A DNA stretch of 64,000 nucleotides, from contig JAVECO010000002.1 in assembly GCA_051942205.1 (NCBI GenBank), forward strand, positions 1 to 64,000, in the 5' to 3' direction. Position numbers and translations under genes: made by a program. The stretch's first letter is position 1. Every line of letters begins with the position of its first letter. The stretch is from Coniocarpon cinnabarinum (lineage: Eukaryota). Positions 1-12,230 of this stretch are shown piece after piece. The notes beneath the pieces are model-generated. The model made no database searches. It was given only the letters and a program-made list of their open reading frames with translations, and was not told the DNA's origin.

Positions 1-265
1 GTGGGGGAAGATGAGGGGGAGGAGATTAGAGCTGAGGAGAGGCCTCGACGGGAACGGTTATCGGAGTCGAGTAGTGCGAGGGAGACTCCTGGGGGTCGAA
101 GAAGGTAAGGGAATAGAGCGAAGTAGTTTGATTTCTGGCAGAAGTTGGTTTGTATGATTGAGTAGGTTTCGTGGTTCTTGCGATATAGTTTGATGGTCGA
201 GATAGTTTCGCCAATTGGAGTTGCATTCAGTGTGGATGCGTGTTTAAATGGTGAGAGTCTGTTAG

Positions 266-1383
266 CTATGATGGCTTACGTCCGGTAATGCAATGCATTG
301 GAAACACAACATAGGTCCCATCGTTCATTTCCATTCGCATTGCTTCCAACAGTCGCTCGTCATCTTCAGGACCATCTTCATTAGCAAGTGCCTGTCCTTG
401 ACCCATAGCCTAAAGATATACCGTCAGTATTGAAGCTCAGCTCGATAGCCATGATCCTCGCAACACTGCAGCCATAGAAACTCGTACTTACCTCTCTCTG
501 CTGCTTCATCATGCCTTCCAAAGCCCCAATCTCCACTCGCGTGCCAACCTCACGACCAGACTCCGAGAGCCGATCCGAAGCCACCGTATCCACCTCAAGA
601 TCCTGCAGTCCCGCAGCTTCAAAGGCTCTCAAGAGCTTCTGAGGAACGTGTCGCAAACGCTCCCCTGATATATCTGCTAGGCGCTTGAATCCCCGCAACA
701 GTGCACCCGTGCCCTTTCCAGGCGTCCCGGCATGTCGAAACGCTGACTTCATTTCGTCGAAGCTGCCTTCCTCCCATTGCAACCATGCGCCAGGCTTGAG
801 CAGTGTGCATAGATTTGCCACGGCGTTGTTCCAGGCACCTTGGTCTTCCAATGCTAGTAGCAGGAGACGGACGTGCACAACGTCGGCTTGACTGAGCATG
901 TCCTTGGCGAAAGGTTGACTGAGGTCGTGAACCCGCAGGGTGACATTTGGGCAGAGGGTTGATGCGACTGGAAATTGAGCGGAGGAGATGTCGACGCCTG
1001 TGCAATGCCATGCAGGGTGGAGCTTTGCATTGGCTTGAGCCCATGCCCCTGTTCCAGTCGCGGCGTCTACGACGACAGCTTCTTTCCCAAGAGTTGCTTC
1101 AACTCTCGGATGAACTAGATAACCTAGCGATCTTTGCGAAAGTCAGTCGGCCCGAGTCTCCGATCGTGTTGCTGTATGCAGCCGCTCGAGTTGTGGGCTT
1201 CGGTTTGAGATCGTGCCTGTCTCAAACCACAGTTTTCCAGAGAGGACTTACTTTGTCCAAAGCTCATGTTGCCCACCAAGACTGCTCCGATCAAGCTGGT
1301 CAGCACTGAGTGCAGGCGTCTTCTCTGGCTACATACCGCTCGGTCTCTCTCGCGTCACGGTTCAGAAGGTAAGCTTGAGCCAT
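266..1383 (-). CDS. Class I SAM-dependent methyltransferase (LaeA/Methyltransf_23-like), 4 exons
   Basis: Manual splicing gives MAQAYLLNRDARETER/LGGQHELWTK/SLGYLVHP...VVDAATGTGAW...GVDISSAQFP...DVVHVRLLL...LLKPGAWLQWEE. Motif I (DxxTGTG) and LKPGxWLQW are present; introns are GT-AG. Confidence 0.85.
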
Positions 1384-2216
1384 TTTGTTGGAGCCAACGT
1401 TAGAAATGCAACAGATTCAATGCAGATGCTGAGGCGGACGCAGTATTCAACGACGAAAAGTTGGCGGCCGGTCACATATTCCAGCTTCTGTGGGGAGCAT
1501 CACATGACGATGCCGAACTAAGGTGAGAGCGTTGAGTATAACCGTTCGAGGTATCTTCAAATCAGGATGGTGACACGCAATGGTGCACAACATCATCATG
1601 CAGCACTTAATTATACACGTCGAGAGGCACGTGAACAGATACCGGGAAGCTTAGCCGCTCAGCGAGCAAATGCGAAAGGCATTGGTGAGTAGGGGTAGGA
1701 ATAGCGCTTCCAATACTTCCTCCTGCGTGGCAACTTTGTCTTGCGGAAGTCATCGTGGTTCGATTCTTCCACACAATCTTTTGCTTCGCAGAGAAACCAG
1801 CTAGCCTTTGCATATCAGGGCTGACTTGAGCATCACACGTGGGATTGTGGAAATCATGAGCCATGCAGACGAGACTGACAGCTTCCTGAGAACATTGGCC
1901 TGGCTATGCTTCAGGTCTAGCAACGATGCATCCATGGTACTAATTGTTCGCAAAGTTGCAAACACGATCTCTCAGCGTAAAGACACGATCCTAGTAAGAA
2001 TATCAAACGAGTGAAGTCAGAAACACTCAAAAACGGGAGAAATCGCCAACGGGCGCGGGACAAACTCGGAGAAGCCCCGTTGTGATCAAGCACAACCCTA
2101 ACCCTCACCAAGCTCCAGCTCAACTTCAAACCAAAGTACGTACCTCCCAGGAGCAACAATTAACCCAGCCTCAAAAATTCCCCAACTCGCAGCCAGTCTA
2201 AAGTACCAAACCTCAC

Positions 2217-2926
2217 ATGTCCTCCGCGGCGCTCCTGCGCGTCGCCTCGCGCACCACTGCAAATCCCCTGACGCGCTTCACGACCGCCGCAGCCCCGAAA
2301 TGGGTCGCGCCCTCGACTGCACGGACAGCTAGTCCCGTCCGATTGGAGAACACAAATTTACTGAAGAGGGGACTGAGCTCGAGTGTTTCTCGGAGGAGCG
2401 GACCGCATGAGGAGGAGACGTTTGAGGAGTTTACGGCAAGGTGAGTGAGAGGTTCCCTGTTGGATTGCATGACGGAGGGTTTCTTGATTGGTTCCGCTTG
2501 ACGCAGAGTTGACCGGTAGAAACCGGAATGCTATACTCTCAGCGAGCTCAGCAAGAGCGACATACTGAAGAGGTTCCTGAGGACGACGACTGCGTAATGG
2601 TGGATGTGCAAGCACTGACACACTCCCCTTCCAGATACGAAGCCGAATTCGAACGCGTCTCCGACGTCTTCGAGCTCCAACGCAATCTCAACAACAGCTT
2701 CGCGTACGATCTTGTGCCCAGCACCACCGTCATTGTCGCGGCCCTGCGCGCCGCAAGAAGAGTCAATGATTTCCCCACGGCCGTCCGGATCTTCGAAGGC
2801 ATCAAGGCCAAGGTAGAGAACAAGGCACAATACGATCAGTATCTTGAAGAGCTGGAGGGTGTGCGGAAGGAGCTGGGGATTGAATTGCGGGAATCACTAT
2901 ATCCAGACTTGGGAGATAGGATATGA
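2217..2926 (+). CDS. COX6: Cytochrome c oxidase subunit VI (Va/COX5A family), mitochondrial; intron 2441-2634
   Basis: Arg/Ser/Ala-rich presequence, then EETFEEFTAR/YEAEF..DVFELQRNLNNSFAYDLVP..AALRAARRVNDFPTAVRIFEGIKAKVEN, characteristic of fungal Cox6. Confidence 0.96.
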
Positions 2927-3213
2927 TGGGTGGTGTTGCAGGGGACGGGATGCATTGAAAATGGGATAGATGGAAAGGGGCAGCAGATTGAGGTGCTGAA
3001 GAAGCTGAAGAAGCTGTACATGTACTAGATGAATGAGGAAACCAGATTTGGCACCCTCCGTGCTTGATATGCGGGTATGGTAGTTTTGTGTTAAAGTACA
3101 AGCTGTGCAATTCTGATGTACAGGATTTCACCCCGATAGGCGCCGCACATACCTACACTATGCATGTCTAGTCGCTTTCTTTTGCAGGGTGGCGGGTATA
3201 ACTCCCAGTGACC

Positions 3214-4546
3214 TTACACCTCTTGTTTCGGCGTTTCCCAGTCTCCAAACCCCATATGATGAAACCAACTCGGTCGACAATCCTCTTTATACAAGAATTT
3301 CGCGCCGTCTGTAAATTTGGCCGTCTCACAGCCTTTGCACTTTCCCTGGGGCCGATTTGGGCAATTGATATAGGGGATGTGGTTGTACCCGATATCCCTA
3401 AACCAGTGGATCCGCTTTCGATCCTCAAACAGTCCCAGGCCAATGCTATGCACCGGTGCATCGCCCCAGCGCTCGTAGAAGAAACCGCCAGCTCGGTCGA
3501 GGTGATTGAAATACCGCATGTATGCGTCGCCACGCCAGAAGCCCAAATCGCCAATCTCGAAATTGGACCAGAAATGGCACGTGCTATACCCGTGTGCACG
3601 CAGATTATGTCCCGGCCGGTGCTTAGAGTCGACCAGCCAGGGCATTGCGTTATTCGGGTGCAAGAGGTCCTTGTTCGCGGGATCGGCTAGAAACTCTTCT
3701 GTTGCGGGCCACAAGCCTGATATGCTCTGCGGCGAATCGTACAGGTTGATGGTGAAACCATACGTCTTGTTGTGGTCGCGCATGAAGCGGAAGACGTCGT
3801 ACTCAATGTCGCAAAAAAACTTGACGTGTGGTTCCACTCGCCAATAGTACTGCACATCTTTCAGCGCCGGATGATGCGCAAAGAGCGCCGAGTTCCACCG
3901 ACACATCTTACGGTAGCTGATTTTGTCGGCATACTGAACATTCTGCTCTTTCAGGATGCGTGCCGACTCTTCGAATAGATCCTGGTTGATCCACGGCGGA
4001 GTGTCCCAATGCTCCGCGGGGATCTGCTCAAAGTACACAGCAGCCTTGGTCTGTCTCTTAACAGCATGCTTGAACTCGGCGGTAAAGGGTTCATCATTGA
4101 AGAAGGTCCACGGGTAGTTGAATTTGTGATTCCAAGTGCGCTCTAGGTCACGCATGGACTGTGTAATTTCAGCCTGCTCAGAGTTGCGGACGAGGACGAG
4201 AAGCGTTGCATTGATGCGATCGGAGTTGGGATTCTCGGGGGCATAGTTGTCATCGGCAACACGGTGCAGAGGCTCGGACGGTTCGTCAATGACTATGAAG
4301 ATGTTACCAAAGGCTCAGCACAGCCAAGCGGTGCAGCTCTCAACACTACTTACAGTCCTTGTTGGGGTCGTGCCACGGTCCGCCGGGCGTATTTGCCAAG
4401 GGCACGTCGCTGGATTTTGATGGAGAGTCCGCTCCAAATCGAATGTATATGAAGTAGACAGCTATAACGACAATGGTGGGGATAGAGATGAGACGCAAGG
4501 CTCGGGCGAGGCCATGGTGGCGCCTAGTGGATTGGTTTCTGGGCAT
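3214..4546 (-). CDS. Glycosyltransferase family 15 alpha-1,2-mannosyltransferase (KRE2/KTR family); intron 4293-4353
   Basis: N-terminal TM anchor. Motifs NATLLVLVRN, FNYPWTFFNDEPF, SYRKMCRW, YYWRVEP, CHFWSNFEI and GGFFYERWGDAPVHSI. Confidence 0.95.
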
Positions 4547-5098
4547 GGAGAAAGGATCGAGGATCTGAGCCTCGAGCTATCATCTTTGCATACCACGTCA
4601 CTCAGCTACCGCACATTCGTCACGCAGCTGCGATCGCGATCTCAGTGCATTGGCGGCAGCAATGTTGGGTGATGGCCGCAAAGATGGTCTGGCAAAGATG
4701 CTGCAAGCATAGTCCACGGAAACTCTGGCGACAAGTGGTCGTTTCAGATGCTGCAGATCACCCGGGCCCGTTGCGTGTGAAACGTCTTCCTGAGCATGGT
4801 CACGTGCACTCCCTCTCCATTCCGACATCTGCTCTAAATCAAACGTGGCGTGCTCGGTATCCGTGGCGGGGATCAGCAGTGACAACCCTGTGGCTTGCTG
4901 AAGCTCAGGAGCCGTCCACAAGAGCAAAGAAACTGCAAGTGAGGATCCTTTGCCGCGTGATTGCGGACCGGTAGTTATCAATATGGGATTCGAGACGAGA
5001 ACCTATGCGCATGTAGACACGCGCACCGAATGAAAGCCGAATGACATCTTGATATACGATGAAAAGTAACACTCAATACCTCACTCATGCGACTGCCC

Positions 5099-6099
5099 TC
5101 AGTCGAACGTGTGGGCTGTTCCAAGCGCCTTGCGTGTGGCCTCCCACTGCGGACCGACCCGTTGACCTCGAGCTTCCTCGAATTGGTCCCACGTATTCTT
5201 GGCCATGCCCACCGCGACAGTCTCGTCTCCAGCCTCGAAGCCTGCCATAGCCGCCGTCACGAAATGCCCCACCGGCATGCCTGGGTTGAAGTCAGAGCTC
5301 CACCCTGGCTGTCCGGTATGCAATTCCGCTGTGATTACCGCAACGTCAGCTGCTGTAGAAATATTTTTAGAAATCAAGTGTACATACTTTGGACGAGAGG
5401 CGTGTATAGCTCCACAAGTTTGACACTGGCACTTGAAGCTTTCAGTTGCTCACGTGCACTGAGAATGAAAGATCTAGTGGCAGCTTTGGTAGCGCAGTAA
5501 TTGATGACCATTGGGTAGGGAATTGTTTCAACAGCGCCAGTCGTGCTAGATGTGGTCAGCTAAATGCACATGCTCATCAAGTATTATCCAAAAAATCTAT
5601 TCAAGATGAATGCACAATGCTTCCCTTGATCTCGAGTCTTGCTGAGGTTCAAGAAATGAGGCATGAACGCATGGGTCATTGCAACGATGCTGGTGTAATT
5701 GACGGCGACTTCGTATTGCACTTTGCCCATGTCAACAGTGTGGGGCTTGCTGAAGTCCATGACATATTGAACACCGGCATTGAGCACGACACAGTCGAGA
5801 TCAGGATGAGCTTTGGTGATTCTGAGAGAGTTAGATACGTCTGAGTCCGATACAAGTCATCGGCGTCAGGACGCGTCTTACTCAAGGGCAAAGTCAGCAA
5901 TCTTGTCGACGGAGCCAAGGTCGAAAGGTACAGTGGTGACCTTGCTGGAGCCGAATTTGGAGGTGAGATCATCCAATCGTTGTTGACGACGACCAGTGGC
6001 AATAACGTGCACGCCCTTCTCGATTAGACGCTCAGTCAACTCAAGACCGATACCGCTGGTAGCTCCGGTGACAAGGGCCTTTTGGTACGGGAAAGACAT
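5099..6099 (-). CDS. Short-chain dehydrogenase/reductase (DltE-like), 4 exons; second intron has an atypical donor
   Basis: ALVTGATSGIG Rossmann motif, LNAGVQ, and catalytic YCATKAA after splicing; ends ..LVQTELH..AHTFD. Confidence 0.88.
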
Positions 6100-7506
6100 G
6101 GTGCTGTAGACGATGAAAACCAGGCAAGTGCCAGGGTGCTTTATCTACCATGATAGGGATGAGAACTACATTTATATAGGCAAAAAAGCAAAGTTCAATG
6201 ACAGTTACAACCAAAAAGTCGTCACATATTGCGTAGGCATGCGTAGGCGAGACAGTCTTACACGAGATGGTGATAACTCTATTGCGTCGAGCATCGGCTG
6301 GGGTTAGATGGACATAGGATACAACCCGGGGTTTGTCAGGGGCGCGGACATAAGGTACGCAGAGAAGAGGACGCCGAGGGGCGCCAGAAGTCGAGATACA
6401 CAGCATCGCAGGCGAATCAGCAAGTCATTTGCAATGACCACAGTCGTCACGACACTGGAGACGTATACGGTATGATAAAGAATCATTTCAGGGCCAGGAA
6501 ACCGTGGTGGCGGGCCAGGGCCTCGGCTTGCCGGACCAGGTCACGTGAGTCACACAAACTCATCCACCTCCTTCGTCTCCTCTCCTCTTCGATGCAACGG
6601 CAAGACATTGTCAAGATCACAAACACGTAGTCAAGCTTTGTCGAGATCTTCGCGACGAGCATGGCAAGCGCGAATCTGGTGACAAGGCTGCTTGGACTGC
6701 TGGATCACACTCGATTCTTCCCGCTGTGTTTTTGAACCTCTTCTGTTTCGGGCAGACTATGCTCGCTTCTACAGATACATTCGATTCTCTGAGACGCCTT
6801 CAGACCTAACGCGGCACGGAGCAAGATGCCTCGTGTCCGTTTCTCACCTTAGTGAAGAGTCGATGATGAAAATAAATCGGAACGCGCGGAAGGATCAATA
6901 AGGATGTAAAATTTGTCCCCTTCTCAGAGGTCTGCTTCCTATCCGTGGCGTTCCGGTCAGAGCCAAATGGCGCGTTGGCGCAGTGTCTCATCTGGCGAGA
7001 GCGGCCTATAGAAGTACACTGCACCTGAAACTCACTGCACTTGAAACTCTGCTGTGACAGACGCACTATGCGCCTGATTCTGAGTGGCTGCGTAGCACGC
7101 TCAACATTCAGCGATCAAGTAAATCGTCAGGCGCTGATACAGGCACAGTGTTGTTACAAATAAATTCGAGCACCATCACTAAGTCGGTGTTCGCAGAACC
7201 CATCGCCGATGCTGTGTCGTGCACGAGGCACCGAGGCTCACTCCTGGCACGGGCCGATGTTGAAGGACTCAAAAAATAGATTGCTCATGCTGCTGGAGGC
7301 TTTGGCTCTGATCGAGGATCAACGGTGCCAGAGTGTCAAGAGTGCAATGTTGCGTATATCTAGGGACGACTTGGGATAGGTCTCGATCGACCCCAAATTG
7401 GAGACTGCCTATGAACCATACGTTTGCTGCATCCCTCGGTCCGTCTCGTTTCCTCTGATTGATACTGCAGACCTGATAGTATTTTCAAAGCTACTTAAGC
7501 CTCACC

Positions 7507-8268
7507 ATGTCAGACAGTAGCGATGATAATCGGCCACGCAATGTTCCCGTGGTGATCAAGATCCCTCACTGGATCAATGATGAACCCCACCATCCCACCT
7601 CTTTCGAGACAGGCACTGACTGGCAAGTTCAAGTGCGACACATTGACAACGACTCGCGCACCAAAGAACACTGCACTAAACACCTTTCTTCCGAGGAGAA
7701 AGCTAAAATACACAAGTATTGCTTTGGTACGTCTCAATGTTGACGCGGTATCGCCGCCCCTACCACAATCTTGGGGGCTAAGTAGACCCTAGTGTTCAAC
7801 AACGGCAGACAAGATTACTATGTCTACATGACTCGGCATGAGGAAGCTTTGGTGTACAAGGACGGGCTCAATGGACGTCTGGCGCTGCTCCAAAGAGACG
7901 GGCGTCGAGCCGACAAAGACGTGGTGGTAAGAACGGCTGACACGAGCGACACCAATAAATGGCAACGCTGTAGCGTGCGAACCTCTAGAGGCCCGAAGAA
8001 GGAGCTCATGACGAACTACAAAGACTACGACGTCCGCGATCGGAAGAGCCCCCCGTCGGGCAACGAGGACTCTGACAACGCCGCGCAAAGCTCACAGGGT
8101 GCGCAACAGCCCCAGCGGCCGGACAGAGACATTGAGGGCGACAAGGACAAGTTCCCTCGGGAAAAAGGTTGGACTCCGTTACAAGACGCAGAAATCACCG
8201 GCACAATCACCAATGCCACACCCACGATTGAGATTTCGGTGAGATTGCCCTCATACATGTATGCTTGA
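7507..8268 (+). CDS. Hypothetical protein, 2 exons (intron 7727-7792)
   Basis: Two ORFs join in frame through a GTACGT..CTAAG..TAG intron; ATG context CACCATG. No recognisable domain. Confidence 0.5.
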
Positions 8269-9095
8269 GAAGTCTGACGTCAGTCTCTACAGGTATTGAT
8301 CTACCTCGTCGTGGCCGAAATGATGTACGCTCGACACTACTTGAGAAGCAAAACCCTCCAGCACCTGTTCTTACATTGAGCAGATAGCAGATTGAGCGAT
8401 GAAGTATAACAACTATGTAGGATACACAAATCGCGAGTGGATCTCCACAGCTTGTCAGAGCCTTGATTTCAGCTGGTCTGGTAGGCCGTCCATTTCACAA
8501 TGTGCTGTGACCATTCAATTATTATGCGTCCTGTGGCTCGGCCATTGAGCCATGTAACCGGCAAACCGGCGTGGCACTACTATGTCACGAGCTTTTTCTC
8601 ATTGAACAGAGCGACACACTTGTGCTTCTCACTCAGCCCTTGCTACCTCAACAAAAGCCACATAGACCCGACGATTCCCGTTTCTCATCGATACACACAG
8701 CTCATCACGAATATTTTGACCTGCTCTTGTACTATCAGACCGAGGAACATCTCGGTCGACGGGGGAGCGCCAACTCCTCACGCGGGCAGGAACAAGAAAT
8801 TCGTCTTTCACGACGGGCTTCGAGAAGCAAAACGCATCTTCGCATAGCCATGATTATATTACATTTCGCTTTGTAGTGCACTCGTCACCAAAGGTCGTTA
8901 TGAAAAGAGAAAATGGCCGCCAACAATGGCACGGCGTCTTCTCTCCCCGCAAGATCAAGATTGCTGTCGACTCACCCGAACGCCCAATCGGCCCATACAA
9001 CTCATGCACAACTACAATGTCCCACAGGTTTTGGCAAGCCATCCTGCGTGCAAGTTCCGTGTCCGACAATACAAAGTCCTTCCCCCCTCATTTCC

Positions 9096-11361
9096 TCATC
9101 GCGCGGTCACCCTCGGCGTGCTGTCGTCAGATATACGCAGATTGTCAAAGCTATTCGCAAAACGGTCAGCCTGGTCCGAGGCTGGTGGTGATCTTGGAGC
9201 CGCAGGACGATAATTGACGTCGCCGTTAGCGAGTCCTCCATTTCCCGGTCCTTGTTTCTCGTCTGCCATCTCTTTCAGCCTGGCCCACTTCGCCTCTCGT
9301 GTTTGCTGTCGCTTGTAACTCTGATCCTCTTCGTCGCGGTACTGATTAGAGCATTCATCGAATAATGTAGGATTAACTTCCATAAACAATTTCATCGCAC
9401 TGTACACCATGCTATGGATGGTACTGGAACTTCATGTCAGCGAATAATATCATTTGTCACTCTGGACTTGGACTCACCGATTCCAATGACCCTTCGAATT
9501 TTCATAAAGAGGTGCAAACATGATCGGCAGGATGACGTCCACATTGTCTGTCACCAGGTTGCAGAAGTACTCGTTGTTCCAGAAATATAACGCACGCTCA
9601 GCGACTTGGAAATGTGGGCTGGCGACAGATTTGGCGAGCTGTGTGAACAGTCTTTCTTGAACTTTGGCAAATTCCGCGGGATCCATGACTTCAAAGATGT
9701 CCTCGACTTCGTTCAAGAACATGACTTCCTTGGTGCTGTTGACTTTCGGCCAATATTTGAGAAGCCCATTAACGACTTCTTCCGTTAGATTCGCATCCTT
9801 TTCCAGAAACTGAACGATGCAATATGCCAGCTGTGGATGATACATGCTCAGGCTTTTCACCTTGTGTAGTGGAAGAAGAACCCGGGTCAGGAACAACTTG
9901 TGCTCCTCCTTTAATGGCAAGGCGAACCCGTTAATGATAGAACCCAGTATCTCGAGAAGCTCTGCAATGCCGTTGAACCTCTCTGTCTCGTACACAAATT
10001 GGAAGAAGACATTATTTATCGAACGTCGAATGAATGACCGTAGATTGAGAAACTTGCCATATATCCGGTGGAGAGTCGTCTTGAGGAAATCTCGCTCACG
10101 GGGGTCCTCCGAGTCGAATAAGTCGAGCAGCTGCAAATGGTCAGCAAGGCGTACACCCTCAATCATCCGTCAGTGCGTTCTCACCTGCAGCACAAAGCCA
10201 TGGTCAATGAACTGCTTTGCAACGTTTGTGTTGAAATCCGGACTCTCAATAAAGCGAAGGAAGAACTCGTAGACCACTTGAATGTGTGGCCATGCAACCT
10301 CAAGAACAGGTTCGTCCTCCTCGGGGTCAAAGGCATCTCCTTGTGGATTCATCGGCGGAGGAATAGGTCTAAATAGATTCTTGCTGAACATTTCAACGGC
10401 GAGCGGATACATGGGTTCTGTAATGACTTGTCTGTTGTTGGCAACATAGTCAAGGAGTTCATGCAAAGCTAGCCGTTTGATCTCTTTCGATTTGGTGTCT
10501 GCCGCTGCATCGTTGAAGTCGAATATCACATTGCATTGCTGGATCTTCTGAACAAAGAGGTCCTGTCTTTTGTTAGGCGGTACCTCGAGGAAGCCTGGTA
10601 GCTTTTCCAACTCTCTATGGCCCTGATCGGTGATGTCAAATCGAGAAGAATGCTGTCGCTTTGGTGTGCGAATGCCCTCAGGTATGTCTTTTGGAGTGGC
10701 CTGCAAGTGGTTAAACATTAATGACTTTTGCCCAGCTTTGGGTGGTGCAAGATCGCTGGGCATTGTCTCCGCAGCGCCAGGTGGTGGGACATGCTGCATG
10801 AAGGGTTAGCTAACTACTGCAACAAGCCATTCCAATTCCATGACAAATCCTTACAGGAGCGCTGGGACTGATCACCACACTCGGTGCAAGGCCGGCACCT
10901 CCGCCGCGATTTGGTGTTCCTTGCCCATCTACGTTTGCAGGTCCTGCCGGACTTCCCGCGGATGGCGCTCTCTGCTGTTGCAAGTATTGCTGACTCGACT
11001 GTGTCGACGACTGTGGCGGCTGGTGTGGTGATGTCGATCGTGGCATTGGGCTCCCACGATTGCCTTGTTCCATGTTTCCATCTGGGGGCAACGGCTTATT
11101 TGTCCGTGAATCGGGGACAAGGGCAGTTTGAGAAGACGACGGCGTTGCTTGTGCAGATCCAGCCGGTGAGAGTGTGGAGGTCCGTTCTTGTGAAGGAGAA
11201 GCAGTGCCAGAGGTGCCATCTTTGGGCTTGCGCGAGCTATTTTTGCCTTCTTTGGCGCGATTCAGCTGTTCATGCTAGAGCGGTTAGTCAGTGGCCTTTC
11301 AAGGTGAGCTTGTCGAAGACCGATTGTTTTGACGTACGACTCTGGCGCGAAAGCCTTTCAT
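9096..11361 (-). CDS. RTS1: Protein phosphatase 2A regulatory subunit B56/B' (Rts1/ParA), multi-exon
   Basis: Start [17 protein letters not shown]56 motifs [51 protein letters not shown] and [18 protein letters not shown]. Confidence 0.96.
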
Positions 11362-12230
11362 ACTGGTCGGACAGTTACAGAGCTCGTCCTAAATGAATGT
11401 TCAAGCCACTCGCTAGCAGAGGGCTGAGACAATGGTTGACCAGCAGCTTCTTCGGAGACTTTGAGTGGGTGATGACTTTGATCAGCAAAGCCAAGCGTCT
11501 TGAAGGTCAGACCTGGCGGCCCGATTTTGAAGCGATGTCCGAATGATCAGGGATTGTAGTGTGTAACAAGAGGGGCTGGCTGGTTGATGCCGTAAGGGGG
11601 AACGAAAGCACTGTGCGGTCCTCAAACTACGCCATGAATGACATTTATGATATTAGAGAGCGTTCGAAGCTTAACGCGCTTCGTGAAGGGGCATTTCATG
11701 AACTTGAAGCAGTAATAACACGACCGAATCGTCACGTTGGAGGGGACTGTAGTGCTTTAATTAGGCCGATTCTGGGCAGGGTCTCTGAATTCTGGCCCAA
11801 TGGAGTCTAGATTGCAGCCCTATGGTCCATCCCGCCAATCATGCGTAAGAAGCCTCCAGCTCTCTCAGTCAATCTGCGGCGTCTACACTTAGATATCAAG
11901 TTGAAGACAATTGTGGCAACAAGGTTCAATGATTCTGCAATTCCAACCTCTGTTTTGAGCCAGCGTAGTCTGCGTACCATCTCTGCGGTCGAATGCCGCC
12001 TCAAGTGACCCATTCATACCTGACTGCTCGTAAGACTTCTCTCAACACGTCTGCCTTTTGCTCGTCAGACGTTAGGTTGAACTCGGACAAGCTGTTTCAA
12101 TCAAGACAATCGAAGCCACGACTCGCTTACCTTAAGATGTGCGTCGGGCTTCTCAACCTGCAGCTGCCAACGCAGTGACCGTATTTCGCTAAGGTTTGCT
12201 TAGCCTGTATCTCTCCCCGTATTATTAGCC

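Noticed and set aside
2511..2590. Hammerhead ribozyme, TPP riboswitch or C/D snoRNA in the COX6 intron (CTGAAGA, GAAA and CTGA motifs)
   Set aside because: GAAA does not follow stem II as a hammerhead requires. TPP consensus elements and a properly placed RTGATGA box are absent. Kept only as an unclassified structure.
3168..3978. Several overlapping antisense and alternate-frame ORFs over the GT15 gene
   Set aside because: Shadow ORFs of a GC-rich coding exon; no motifs.
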